A DNA stretch of 63,172 nt, filler included, from Reclinomonas americana ATCC 50394 (lineage: Eukaryota), in assembly GCA_048213135.1 (NCBI GenBank). It is 49 parts of 49 records of this genome, joined end to end, with 100 filler letters (N's around TTAATTAATTAA, not from the genome) between each part and the next. Parts side by side here need not be neighbours in the genome. Positions count along the whole stretch, not along the records: positions 1 to 1,198 come from AFZH01026157.1; positions 1,299 to 2,495 come from AFZH01026158.1; positions 2,596 to 3,789 come from AFZH01026159.1; positions 3,890 to 5,082 come from AFZH01026160.1; positions 5,183 to 6,378 come from AFZH01026161.1; positions 6,479 to 7,675 come from AFZH01026162.1; positions 7,776 to 8,972 come from AFZH01026163.1; positions 9,073 to 10,269 come from AFZH01026164.1; 41 more parts are not named here. One strand, written 5' to 3'. The position numbers and the translations under genes were made by a program. The number at the start of each line of letters is the position of its first letter. Position 1 is the stretch's first letter. This document shows positions 1 through 13,028 of this stretch, piece after piece. The notes beneath the pieces are model-generated. The model made no database searches, was not told where the DNA came from, and saw only the letters and a program-made list of their open reading frames with translations.

Positions 1-482
1 GGGAAAGGGGAGAAGGGGGAAGGGGGAAGAGAATGGCAAGGGGGAGGAGTGACGAAGGATGGGGGACGAGGAAGGGGAGAAGAGGGATGGGGAGAAGGGG
101 AAGGGGGAAGGAGAAGTGAGGAGGGAAGGGAGTGATAGATAACTGAGAAGCGAGGAAGAGAAGGGAAAGGGGGAGGAGTGACGAAGGAAGGGGACAGGCG
201 AGAGGCGACGGAAAGGGAGAAGAGAAGGAGAACAGAGAGAATGCAGAATAGCCGAGAGGTGGAGACAGGGAAAGAGGAGGTCACTTGACAAGGAGAGCTG
301 GAAGGAATGATGGGAGGGAGGCGCAGGAAAGACAGCGTGGATGAACACGGAGGATAGGCAAGGATGTGAGTCGACCCATGTTACTTTGTCTCCCATCATG
401 TCGTTCGTTTCACCTTGTCAACTCCCCTCATCTCTCGTCCTCTCTGCTCCTACTTTCTCCCTCTTATTTTCCCCTTCCCCAC

Positions 483-821
483 GCAACAGTGGCACCACCA
501 GATACACCCAAAACCGCAGTCGCTCCGTTCCCGCCGCACACACAATCATCGCAAACAGCGACACCAGCGCCCACATGCGCACAAACTGCGCATACTCCGC
601 CCCATCCAGCTGCGTCACCGCACTGCCAGTGCCGGAGAACTCACGCGGGAGCACCAAGAAGAAGAGACTGGAGCCGACAAATCCGCCAGTGCCCGACGAA
701 CCGGCCGGCGGCGGACCGAATGCCAGTGCGTAGCCGAGTGCCCATAATGTGAGTGCGCAGCAGGAGGCGATGATCAGGTTGCGCAGAACGGTGCGGGAGG
801 CGTGTCGTGCGCGGCAGGAGC
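483..821 (-). CDS. Ammonium transporter (Amt/Mep family), internal exon, divergent
   Basis: GSCRARHASRTVLRNLIIASCCALTLWALGYALAFG...GGFVG...IVCAAGTERLRF matches the Amt TM1-TM4 motifs (GYxLAFG, GFxG, AERxRF). It is bounded by a polypyrimidine-AG acceptor (823-822) and a GT donor (482-481). Confidence 0.8.
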
Positions 822-1057
822 CTGGAGAAAGAGGGGAAAAAAAGGGGATTTTGATAATCTTGTTCGATTTCCAAGGGAAGGGAGAGGGAAAGGAAGTGAA
901 GGAGGGAGAGGGAGGGTGGAAGGAAAGAGAGAAGGACAGAGGAGAAGGAGAACAAGAGAAAGGCGTCAAAAAGCGAGATAGCTGACTGGCGTTGTTCTGA
1001 TGCATGTGTGTGAAGCATTAGAAACGAACGGCTGCCAACGCTCCCTTCCCTCCGTGA

Positions 1058-1147
<90 letters not shown>

Positions 1148-1153
1148 TAGGAG

Positions 1154-1198
<45 letters not shown>

Positions 1199-1298
1199 NN
1201 NNNNNNNNNNNNNNNNNNNNNNNNNNNNNNNNNNNNNNNNNNTTAATTAATTAANNNNNNNNNNNNNNNNNNNNNNNNNNNNNNNNNNNNNNNNNNNN
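1199..1298. other. Artificial contig linker (N44-TTAATTAATTAA-N44); first of about 48 identical linkers spaced every ~1.29 kb
   Basis: An identical N-flanked six-frame-stop 12-mer recurs through the window, and sequence content changes abruptly across each one. Confidence 0.98.
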
Positions 1299-2495
1299 GG
1301 GCGACAACCAGCACGATGCCTTTGAGCGGAGCCAGCGGCAGCAGCCCGGGGATGCAGAGGTACACCAGGCACGTGGTCAGCACCTGAGCAACGACCAAGA
1401 AAACCAAGTGGCGCAGCGAGCGCTGTCCAGGAAGTTTGCTGTTCGCCGCCAACAGCGCCGTTGACTCGCGATCAGCAAGCTCCGGCGGCTCGCCACCTTC
1501 CATCAGTCGGCGAATGCGAGCGTTGAAGCAAAAGTGGCAGATCGCCACAAGGACGCAGGCCCACAGTCCGGCGATGATTGCAAAGTACACGGGAAGGTCG
1601 AAGCGATAGGTGATGTCTGTGAACAGTATGAGGCCGCATGAGGGAGAAAGGGGGGGAGGGACAGAAGAGGAAGAGCACCTCTAACATTGTCGTTGTGCAC
1701 GGTGGGCGTCTGCACCAAGGCCAGCAGACTCTGCGCGAGAGCACATTGAGCTTTCGGTCGCGATCAACAACTTCGACGGCGAACCGCACCGTGCAAATCC
1801 CACAGAGCGCTGCACACACGGAAGAAGCTCGTTGAGAACGGTAACGGGGTGACGGACAGCGTACGATAAGCTCACCCATGCCCGTGGAGAGACTGACGGT
1901 CAGGCTGCGCGAGTGAAACCGGGAAATGAAGGGAAACAGCAGCAGCAAGCTGCCGGAATAGATTATCCCCTGGAAGAACGCAAACACGAGCACAGCCACA
2001 CTATACAGCGCAGTGCAGTCAGCCACAGAATAGCCAGTGATCATTGCACCCCATAAGCTCCGACCTGTGCTCTTCACCAAACAGCCCGACAGTGGCACGC
2101 CACGTGAAGACGAATACGGGTAGTGTCACCGTGCCGAGAACGCCCAGGCCAACCAGCAGCACTCTGGTGCGACGGAGTGTGGACGACTGAGCACTGTGCA
2201 CCTCCTTCTTGCGCCCGCATGTGAAGAACCACTGCATGCAACCATGAGTGAGTGTAAGAAAGGCAACACAGACGTGATGTACTCACCACTGCACCGACAA
2301 GCACAACCAACGCAGTGCCGGTTTGACTGGCCGCACTAATGTATGCACCCATGGTCCCTGTGCATCCACCAACAGAGGTCAGCACGGGCGGGTCACACAG
2401 ACAGACACACCAATCAACGCAGCTTCCTTCAGGCAACGCAGCAATCAACAGTGGCTCCTGCGAGACACCATCAGTGAGAGACACACTCGTGCATA
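1299..2495 (-). CDS. SLC52-like (riboflavin transporter family) multi-pass membrane protein, multi-exon fragment
   Basis: Spliced segments TDGVSQEPLLIAALPEG, GAYISAASQTG, VFTWRATVGLFGEEH/SVAVLVFAFFQGIIYSGSLLLLFPFISRF, LLALVQ and RFDLPVYFAIIAG follow the SLC52 motif order (ELPLLVxxLPEG; HSxAFL...TFLPFxSRL; LALxQG; RFSxxxFF). Confidence 0.65.
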
Positions 2496-2595
2496 NNNNN
2501 NNNNNNNNNNNNNNNNNNNNNNNNNNNNNNNNNNNNNNNTTAATTAATTAANNNNNNNNNNNNNNNNNNNNNNNNNNNNNNNNNNNNNNNNNNNN

Positions 2596-2796
2596 GTGTC
2601 TCCCCTTGGTGCTGTCGCCCCTGCGTGTCTCCCCTTGGTGCTGTCGCCCCTGCGTGTCTCCCCTTGGTGCTGTGGCGCCTGCGTGTGTCCCCTTGGTGCT
2701 GTAGCCCCTGCGTATCTCCCCTTGGTGCTGTGGCGCCTGCGTGTGTCCCCTTGGTGCTGTAGAGCCTGCGTGTCTCCCCTGCGTGTCTCCCTTGGT
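2596..2796 (+). repeat. 29-bp minisatellite, about 6.5 tandem copies (GTGTCTCCCCTTGGTGCTGTCGCCCCTGC)
   Basis: Head-to-tail copies with 1-3 substitutions each and no spacers; runs off the contig start. Confidence 0.92.
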
Positions 2797-2950
2797 TCAA
2801 CTGCCCCCTTTTCCCCTCCCACATCGTCACCATAATCATTGTCGTTGTATTGTTTCGCTTCTTGTACAAACTCACACCTCGAAAGTATTTCACAAAGAGA
2901 GAAAGAAAACTCGCACATCCACACACCACCACACACACACAATCAATCAA

Positions 2951-3355
2951 TCAAGAGGAAGTCTTGTCAGTCGGTTTCGCCGAAGCTCCAGCCTGGGATG
3001 AGGCCGCGGCCGAGTTGGAGGCCGAAGAGGAGGGATACGAGGCAGCGAGATGCTCACGCGGCACAAACTTGCCGCGCGCCGCATCAAACCCCTCAAAGAG
3101 CTTCTCCAACAACGGATGCCGCAACTCGCCGCCGGCGGCCGATCGCTCACGCTGCAGGCACTCCTCGGCCACATACGTAAACGACGGGCCCTTGTCGCGC
3201 ACATCGACCAGCACGTGATAAAACGGCTGGTTACGACCGCGCGTCAACCCATCAATGCCCTGTCGCTGAATCCACGCCTCACCCTGCTTGCACGTCGCGT
3301 CGTATCCATACACAACTCCACGATACCGCAGTGAAGGATGGAACACACAGTCGCC
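2951..3355 (-). CDS. YccV/HspQ-like hemimethylated-DNA-binding domain protein (FBXO21/ClpF-type C-terminal exon)
   Basis: HPSLRYRGVVYGYDATC...W...RNQPFYHVLVDVRD...TYVAEE...HPLLEKLFEGFD...YP is the YccV-like domain signature. AG acceptor near 3356, stop at 2951. Confidence 0.85.
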   Translation of the reverse strand, partial: GDCVFHPSLRYRGVVYGYDATCKQGEAWIQRQGIDGLTRGRNQPFYHVLVDVRDKGPSFTYVAEECLQRERSAAGGELRHPLLEKLFEGFDAARGKFVPREHLAASYPSSSASNSAAASSQAGASAKPTDKTSS

Positions 3356-3694
3356 TGCACAACTAAGTCAGCAAAAAGAGAATATTCGATTTCTTCAAAG
3401 CAGCAGAAAACACAGCAGCGCCGAGTCACAAACACTCACTGATGCACACTCTTACGTACACACACGCGCAAAACAGCCAAAATCAAAGTTAAACTGAACT
3501 TGCATTCTCTTTCTCTCTCACACTCACACACACAAACGCGCACACATACGCTGAATTACACAGACGATCTCTCACCTCTCTCTCTCCCTCTCTCATACAC
3601 ACACAAAAGCACAGGAAGTCTGCATCACACAAAGATTCACTTTTCACAATCAGAGTAACTGCACTCACACAGACGATCTCTCTCTCTCTCTCAC

Positions 3695-3780
<86 letters not shown>

Positions 3781-4140
3781 ACGAACGACNNNNNNNNNNN
3801 NNNNNNNNNNNNNNNNNNNNNNNNNNNNNNNNNTTAATTAATTAANNNNNNNNNNNNNNNNNNNNNNNNNNNNNNNNNNNNNNNNNNNNAGAGAGAGAGA
3901 GAGAGAGAGATGAAGAAAGAAGGAGCAAGGTGGAAGACAGGGGAGAAAGAGGGAGGGAGGGAGGGAGAGAGAAAGAAAACAGGTGGAAGAGCAGGGAAAA
4001 TGGAAGACGAAGAGGGAGAGAGTGACAGAGAGAGAGATGAAGAAAGAAGGAGCAAGGTGGAAGAGGGCACGAGGGAGAAGAGAGAAGGTTGGGACGAAGA
4101 GGGAAGGAGACTGCATCGTCTAGCGCAGCAACAACGCAAC

Positions 4141-4999
4141 GAGTCATCAGATTGTTCCGCGGGTTGGCGCCCCAGAAAATAGCCGTCGCACGCTTGCCAC
4201 GCGCGTAGCTGGCAGCGGGCTGCTGGTGCACGTCTCCAAAGTGGCCACCAAGTGGCGGCTCGTCGAACAGCACCGGCGGGATGAACGAAATCTGTCGTCA
4301 CGTTGTGCCACGTTAAGTGACACGAGTGGAGTATGTCAAAAAATACGGCCACAGTGCACTCACCGTCGTATTGCGCAGGTCCGGTGGGAACGGTCCAGGC
4401 AGACTCGGACGGCCAACAGACATGTCAGTGGCCAGGCGGTAGGTTTCCTGTCACAGATGACAATTAGAAATCACGCTCCACACGACTCCGCCCTCCGCGC
4501 TCCACATCGCTCACCTGCTGCAAGCCAGCCAGCTCGTGCGGTCCAAAGAGCGTACTGGCCGCCTCATACCGCTGCCCTCCGTACCTGGAAAGCAAAAAAC
4601 GCACATCAGACTGTCAATTCTAGTTTCCACAAGCATTCCCATAACGCTCTGCTGACGAAACTCCTCGCGGGTGGTAATGTACTGCGCGTACGTGTTGGCC
4701 AAACCAGTGACCAGCGGCAGCACCTTGAACCGCGAGTTGGTGTCACTGAACGCTTGCACAATCGTGTTCCGCAATCGGCGACCGCTCATGGTCGTCGGCT
4801 CGCCTGTGTAACTGCCGTCAGACAAACGCAGCAGAGGAGAGGACGGGTGACGGCTACGCACCTGGGTATGCGGCATTGACAACGCGACCGATACGAATAA
4901 CCTGCAGCGGGAGAATCCACGGAGCCCACGGCATCGGATAGAGTCTGCAAGAGTGCGACATGAGGGAGACATGAAGAATTGCACCCAGGCCGGTAAGAA

Positions 5000-5004
<5 letters not shown>
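4141..5004 (-). CDS. Neutral/alkaline non-lysosomal ceramidase, multi-exon fragment
   Basis: PWAPWILPLQVIRIG, PGEPTTMSGRRLR, GLANTYAQYITTREE, QRYEAASTLFGPHEL and FGDVHQQP...GANPRNNL, joined by GT-AG introns. Confidence 0.92.
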
Positions 5005-5044
<40 letters not shown>

Positions 5045-5182
5045 AGTAATAACTCTGACTAATTTGCATACGACTGTAGTTGNNNNNNNNNNNNNNNNNN
5101 NNNNNNNNNNNNNNNNNNNNNNNNNNTTAATTAATTAANNNNNNNNNNNNNNNNNNNNNNNNNNNNNNNNNNNNNNNNNNNN

Positions 5183-6378
5183 GTTGCACAAACGTGTTCG
5201 GACCGCAGCGAGCAGCTTCTCACCTCTTCCAAAATGTGCCGTGTGTGCGTATCAAGCAGCAGTGAAAGGTCCGAGGCCTTGCTGCAAGTTGGCTGCAGCG
5301 TTGGAAGCAGCAGCAGCGCTTTGCGGACCCGAGCGGCGACCGCCTCGCCTTGCTCCACAATCGCCCGAACGCGATGATGCGCGCCGGCGCCGCGATCATC
5401 GGGCGCCACTTGGTCGCAAACCGCTTGCACACACGTCAGCAGCTGTTGCTGAGCTGTGAGAGCTGGAACAGACGACGTGCAGAGGCTTGCCACGCGGCTG
5501 TCGCGATCCTCCGCTGGTATCACGGACAGAAGCTCGACTGCGACCGGCGGTGCCGGTGGCGCATCACTGCTCCCGTCAAACGTGAATCCTGCAACGGTGT
5601 AAGCAGGTACAGTAGCAGGCGCACCACAATCACAGATGAGCTCACTCACCATGTAGACGATTGACGGCGGCCTGCAGGTGCTGCTCAATTGGCTCGCGCA
5701 CCCTGCTTCGCTCGCGCGTCGCAGCATCGTCGTCGTCTGTCGGTATCTCCGTGAGAACAAGATTGTGGCATGCTGTGACGTGTGTGGACGCAACTTGGTG
5801 GTGAACCATCCATAAACTGCACCAAACTACTCTTGCTGCTAGAAACAGCATCACGGAGCTGCCTCTCGAGGTCGCCCACGTGTCCGCGCACCTGCAGCAA
5901 CTCCTCGTCCATTCTCACGATTCGCTCCTGCAGTTCCGTACGCTTCACAAATCCGTCGTCTGCCTGGTTCCGGAAGACGTCGCGCTCTCGCTCAGCCTGA
6001 GCCAGCTGACGACGCAGGTCACTCAATTCACGCCGCAACAAGTCGCTTTCTCGCTCCTTGTCTCGATCCTCGTCCACCATCGACAGCCGTCGGACTGCGT
6101 GCGCAACTTCGTCGCTCGCTTCGCGCTGTTGGACAGCTCCGTGGCGCGACACGGCCGATGGCGGGGGCGGCAGTGGTGCTGTAGGCAAGACCGTGGGCCG
6201 ACTGGCTGCAGTGGTGGGAGCGACTACGTCCCGCCGCTGTGGATGGTGCACGGCAGCTGTGCTGCGGGATGGCGAGTCAGGCACTGGTTGGCACGGCGCC
6301 ACCGCCATCGTCTTGGCATACGAGATGTCTCGCTGATCAACATCGACGTCGGCCACCTGCTGGCAGAGGCGGGCGAGC
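5183..6378 (-). CDS. Hypothetical coiled-coil protein, multi-exon (copy A)
   Basis: Heptad-rich RRELSDLRRQLAQAERERD...LERQLRD segment; near-identical to 14255-15449. Confidence 0.55.
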
Positions 6379-6559
6379 NNNNNNNNNNNNNNNNNNNNNN
6401 NNNNNNNNNNNNNNNNNNNNNNTTAATTAATTAANNNNNNNNNNNNNNNNNNNNNNNNNNNNNNNNNNNNNNNNNNNNGAACACGCACACACGCACACAC
6501 AGTCAGTCGCCGGAACAATACACAACACATGCAAAAAAAAACACGAGTCGCAGCCTCAC

Positions 6560-7660
<1,101 letters not shown>

Positions 7661-7829
7661 TATCACACACGCACANNNNNNNNNNNNNNNNNNNNNNNNN
7701 NNNNNNNNNNNNNNNNNNNTTAATTAATTAANNNNNNNNNNNNNNNNNNNNNNNNNNNNNNNNNNNNNNNNNNNNAGACGCAACAGTGAGTGGAGAATGA
7801 GCGAGCGCAGCGGCTGGCGTGGAACGAAA

Positions 7830-8972
7830 CTTGCGAGTACAAGATCAGCAGCCAGCCGAGGTTGTAGACGCGCACAGTGACGGCCATGAAGCGGTTGCCT
7901 TCGCGACGCTCCTGATCGTAGGCGCGCACCGTGCGAATGTTGCTGAGCACCTCGTTTGCCACCTGCTGCTGCTCGGCCAAAATCTGTAGCGCACACAAGC
8001 ATGTTAGCGCGACCCATATAACCCTCCAAGAAGAAGAAAATGACAGCATACGCAACGTCGTAGATCTTGGTCGTCAGCTTGCGGATCAGGTTACCGAAAA
8101 AGAGCGAGAAGCCGACGAGGAATGGCGTGGTGGCCAGCACAATGATGCTGAGCAGCCAGCTAATCTCCAACATCCACACCAGCGAGATGACGACGGTGGC
8201 CACAATGGTCAGAATGTTTGACAGCGTGGTGGTGATGCTTTGCAGCTGGCTGACGTCGAGTGACCTGCGGGTTCAGGAGAGGATGAGGAAGAGAGCGGCG
8301 CGCGGAGAGAAAACGTCACGCTCGACGCAACATACGCGACATGAGCTCGCCCACCGCCTTGAAGTCAAAGAACGCCATATTTTGCGCCAGATAGCTGCGC
8401 ATGAGCGTGATGCGCACACGCATCACAATCTTACGGCCGGCCAGACCAAAGAGGAGACCCGTGGCGAGTGACAACAACGCCGTGCCGGCGTAGAAGACAC
8501 CCATGAGAATGAGATAGTAGTGAGCGGCCGACAAGTCCGCATCCCTGCAGAGACGAACGAGGGTCAGGAGATGATGAGAAGGAAAGGGGCAAGGGGGTGA
8601 GCGCGCACGCAACTGCATCATGGTGCTGGCCGAGTACTGCAGCTGATTGAAAAAGTAGCCCGTCAGTTTCGGCTGCACCAGCGAGACACCGGTGGAGCCC
8701 ACGGAGAAGAACGTGGCCCAGAAGATCCACCACCGCTCCGGCTTGAGCGCCGAGTACAATCGCTTCACGTGCTGCCATGTGGAACCAGAGCGCGCTCTTT
8801 CCTCCGGCGACTAATGTAAAAAAAAAGAAGAGATCGACATGAGATCGAGATGCCGTCGACTTTGCACCTATGCGTGTGTGCGCGTGTGTGTGCGTCTCTC
8901 TCACCACTGCCGACTTGACGGCAGCATCCACCACCTGCTTGGCCTCTTCATCATCGGCGGCCTTGCTGGCGG
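7830..8972 (-). CDS. ABCB half-transporter (TAP/MDL-like) transmembrane domain, multi-exon fragment
   Basis: AGRKIVMRVRITLMRSYLAQNMAFFDFKAVGELMSR, ISWLLSIIVLATTP, VANEVLSNIRTVRAY...E..RF. Confidence 0.88.
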
Positions 8973-9072
8973 NNNNNNNNNNNNNNNNNNNNNNNNNNNN
9001 NNNNNNNNNNNNNNNNTTAATTAATTAANNNNNNNNNNNNNNNNNNNNNNNNNNNNNNNNNNNNNNNNNNNN

Positions 9073-9817
9073 GTTCTCCGACAGCGACGGCACCTGCGCG
9101 TCGAAGGCCACCGGTCCCGGCAGTGCGGCCGACGACGGCAACACGGGAGGGATCGGGGCCGGCGATGCCATGCGATTCGACGGCGGCGTTGGTGACACCA
9201 CCATCTCGTTCGCGTCTGCAGGTGGAAGGAGAGAAGTAAGCACAACAACATCGACAATGCGATGCACACGAGGCACAACGCAACGGAACGGGCTGGACGG
9301 TAGCCATGCCGAGGAGGCCTTCAACTCCTCCTTGGAGCGCTTCATGCCCGACGACGCCGGCAGCGACTTGACAGCTGCACACAATCATCAAGAGTCAGCG
9401 GGCGCGAAATGAAATGTAACTGGATCGCAAACACACACACGCACCAGCCAACGCTGCATTGTCGACGCTCGACAGCACCGGTACGCCACTCGTGCCAATC
9501 TTGTTCTGCTGCGCCGGTGGCGGGCAGAAGCACGACAGGCAGCAAAAGGCGGAGCCGTTCTTCTGCTGCTGTTGCTGCTGCTGCTGTTGCTGCAGCTGCT
9601 GCAGCTGCAGATCGGTGAGGGTGGCACCGCCACCGCCACCACCGCCGCCACCACCACTGCCACTGTTGCCGATGCTGCTACCGCCGACGCCCGTGCTGAG
9701 ACCGCGAGCGGTCATCATGCGGCGCTGGCGCAGCGAGGCTTGTGAGATCGGCAGCGCATACTGCGTGCCGTCGTTGTTGTCGGTGGTCGGTTCCGGGATG
9801 GCGACTGCTTGGCCCAT
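9073..9817 (-). CDS. Hypothetical protein N-terminus (polyG/polyQ, Cys cluster), multi-exon
   Basis: MGQAVAIPE...polyG, polyQ, FCCLSCFC, followed by GT-AG introns and further exons. Confidence 0.5.
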
Positions 9818-10369
9818 GGGAGGTGTGTGTGTAACTAACGCGCACGCCAGTAACAAAATGCAAACGCGGGAGCAATGACGGTTGTTGATGGGGAGGTTGA
9901 TCCAACAAAGGAGAAGATTCTCGATTGATGATCAAGTGTTGTTGTTCGGAAGGGAGGGAAACACTCTGCGCATAAAACACGCGTCAGCACAACACACAGC
10001 GAGAGGCGGGGAATCAGTGCGACAAGCAAGCAGGAGGAGGAGGTGGTACGGTGGTGGTGGTGGTGATGGAAGAATGCGTGTGTGTGAAATGAGATTGGGA
10101 CGACAGAGAGCGGGTGGAAGGAGTCGGCGAGGGCGCGAAAAACACACGAATGTGAGAATCGTGTTGCGACAGCAGAGAAGGTGGTGGTGGTGGTAGTGCG
10201 TGTGCACGAGAGAGAGTCGTGGAGGAAGAACGTGGCAGGAGGCACGTACACGGGAAGAATAAAAAAAAGNNNNNNNNNNNNNNNNNNNNNNNNNNNNNNN
10301 NNNNNNNNNNNNNTTAATTAATTAANNNNNNNNNNNNNNNNNNNNNNNNNNNNNNNNNNNNNNNNNNNN

Positions 10370-11565
10370 GACCCATGGACTTGCCGGAGGTGTGTACATT
10401 GCGTTAAGTGTGTCTATGTGTGTGCGTCATGTCGCTCACTGCTGCGCAGTCGTTCCCTGCTCTCGCTCGCAACTTGGGTGCCGCACTGGAGAACCACCCC
10501 GATGTGCGCTTCCACGTGTGCCAGGCGCTGGTGAATCTGATCGAGTCCAACACGGCCATTCGCAACAATGTCGAGTCCAACTCGGAGGAGGATGTTGGTG
10601 AGGGGGATGCAGATGGTGGCGTGCTGGTTGTTTTCTCGTGTGTTCTCACGAGAGAGAGTTGCAGCGCGCGCACAAGCTGGCCTCGATGTCATGGCGCGCT
10701 TCGCGAAGAACTTCTTGCCGCTGCTCTTCAACCTGATCACCTCGTCGGACGCAGTCACGGAGCCGCAACGCGAGGTCGTGTTGCGGGCGATCACGGTGTA
10801 CGCTTCCATCACCAAGATGCAGTTCGTCGTCGGCCTGCTGAAGGATGTGGTGAAGCGTCTGCTCGAGTCGGTCACCAACAAGGCCGAGGTGCAGGATGCC
10901 AGCGAGCTCAAGAGTCGCGCCAAGACGTTGCGTGTGCGACTGGGTGTTGCTGGTTGTCACTTTGATGTCATGCTCATCACACCGTTTCGCAGTGCGCATG
11001 ACATGCTTGACATTGCCGGGGCTGTGGCTCCCACACTGGACGCCGAGTCCATCCAGCTGTTGTACCGCGTCATTGTTCCACTGTTTCAGGTGCGCGACGA
11101 TGACTGCTCTCGCTTCACTCTCGGCGCACAGAGTCTGACATGGTGCTGTGTGCTACTAGGATGCCGACATTGGCGTTCAGAAGCGCGCGTATGGCGTTCT
11201 GCGCATCTTGTGCGAATCGCATGCCGAGTTTGTCGGTGTGGCACTCAACCAGCTGCACGTCGATTTCTCCGAGTCGCTGTACACGTGCCAGCCGCCTGCC
11301 AGAAAGGTTGAGTGTGCACCATTGATGTGTTTGCAGTCGCTGCATGTGCACCAGTGACTGAGCTTGCATTCCTGTCACCCTTTGTCACAGGCTCGCCTGC
11401 ATGCGCTCTCCTTGATTCTCAAGGCGGTGCCGCGCGAGACTCTATTCGAGTTCCTCAGCGACATTATCGGCGAAGTCGTGCTGTGCCTGAAGGATGTGAA
11501 TGCAAGTGCTCGCCTGGCTGCCTACGATCTGTTGGTGCAGATTGGGCATGCGGCCGCCGTGTCAC
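10370..11565 (+). CDS. RRP12: Ribosomal RNA-processing protein 12 (HEAT repeat), multi-exon fragment
   Basis: HPDVRFHVCQALVNLI, ARFAKNFLPLLFNL, VQKRAYGVLRILC and IGEVVLCLKDVNASARLAAYDLLVQIG match RRP12. Confidence 0.85.
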
Positions 11566-11677
11566 NNNNNNNNNNNNNNNNNNNNNNNNNNNNNNNNNNN
11601 NNNNNNNNNTTAATTAATTAANNNNNNNNNNNNNNNNNNNNNNNNNNNNNNNNNNNNNNNNNNNNACTGTACTGTAC

Positions 11678-11729
<52 letters not shown>

Positions 11730-11740
11730 ATCACACGCAG

Positions 11741-12859
11741 ATACCGGCAACAGCACGGTTCGTCTTGTGCTGTTGCCGGCAGCACGACTGTCAGCCACGC
11801 CAGCCACCGTCAGCGGAAGCGCAAACACGTCGGTAACCGTGCAAGTGACTGGCATTGCGGCACACACGCTGTACTATTTCCGCCTGGTTGTGGGTTCGAC
11901 GACGGCTTCGGCCTCGTCGTTCCTCTCTCTTGGTCAGTACGATCGCGATGTAAACTGTGAGCCACTCTTGCTGAGTGTGCAAGTGCATGTGTGTTTGCAG
12001 GATCGTCGACTGCGATATCTGGCACCTCCACTGTCACCACCTTGTCAGCGACTCTGCAGGCCACGGTCAATACGAATAACGAAGGCGCGTTGACCACCTC
12101 GTTTGAGGTGTCTCGCGTGCCGTCGGCATTCGGTGTCACAACCGCCACGAGAGTCGTCAGCACTGTGGCCGGCAGCAGTGGCGTCAGTGGATATGTCAGT
12201 GGCACTGGTACCGTGGCGCGATTCACCAGCCCTGCAGTGCGTACGGGATTGCCCATTCTTTTCCGACGGCCTCATTCTCTATTCTCTGTGCCGCTGACCT
12301 CCCGAACGTGTGTGTGTGCGCGCGCGCAGGGCATTCGATGCGATGAGACCGGAGTGGCGTACATTGCCGACTCGGGGTGCATACTTATTTGTTTGTGGAA
12401 GAACACTTGCCTGCTGCGCGACAGCTGATTGCTCCTCCTCGGGATGCAGAAACCACGTCATCCGCACCATGTCAACGGCTGGCACTGTATCGCTGTTTGC
12501 TGGCACGCCCAGCAGCTCCGGATTCGTCGATGGGGCCACCGCCAGTGGAGCCACGTTCCATAGGTATGTTTTTTGGGCGAAGATGGTCTATTCTCACTCT
12601 CTCACTCTCTCATCCCACTGATCAATGTGCCACGGTGCAGCCCGCACGACGTCGACATGGATGCAATCACGGGTATCGTGTATGTTGCCGATGTGCGTAT
12701 GATACCATTCTCTGCTCCCCGGTACTGCCGTCGTCTCACATGTTGACGTTTTTTCGACAACGCAGACCGGCAACCATGCAATTCGTCGTATCAATCAAGG
12801 ATTGGTGACGGTTCACGCCGGGTCTGGTAGTAGCGGACTTGTGGATACTTCGACGAGCA
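11741..12859 (+). CDS. Extracellular FN3-like plus NHL-repeat beta-propeller protein, multi-exon
   Basis: VTGIAAHTLYYFRLV (FN3-like); VSTVAGS..SG..GTGTVARFTSPAGI...YIADSGNHVIR; FHSPHDVDMD...VYVADTGNHAIRRI. Confidence 0.8.
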
Positions 12860-13028
12860 NNNNNNNNNNNNNNNNNNNNNNNNNNNNNNNNNNNNNNNNN
12901 NNNTTAATTAATTAANNNNNNNNNNNNNNNNNNNNNNNNNNNNNNNNNNNNNNNNNNNNCCTGGTTCGTTTGTGAGTCTCCTTGCTTCATGATGTGCTTC
13001 TGTCACCTCACCTTTGCTTCCTTTCCAG

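Noticed and set aside
1243..1254. Regularly spaced TTAATTAATTAA palindrome as a biological repeat or CRISPR-like array
   Set aside because: It is always embedded in N-runs of fixed length, so it is a synthetic six-frame-stop linker.
2596..2796. CRISPR array (29-bp repeats)
   Set aside because: The units are head-to-tail with no unique spacers, no cas genes are present, and the context is eukaryotic.
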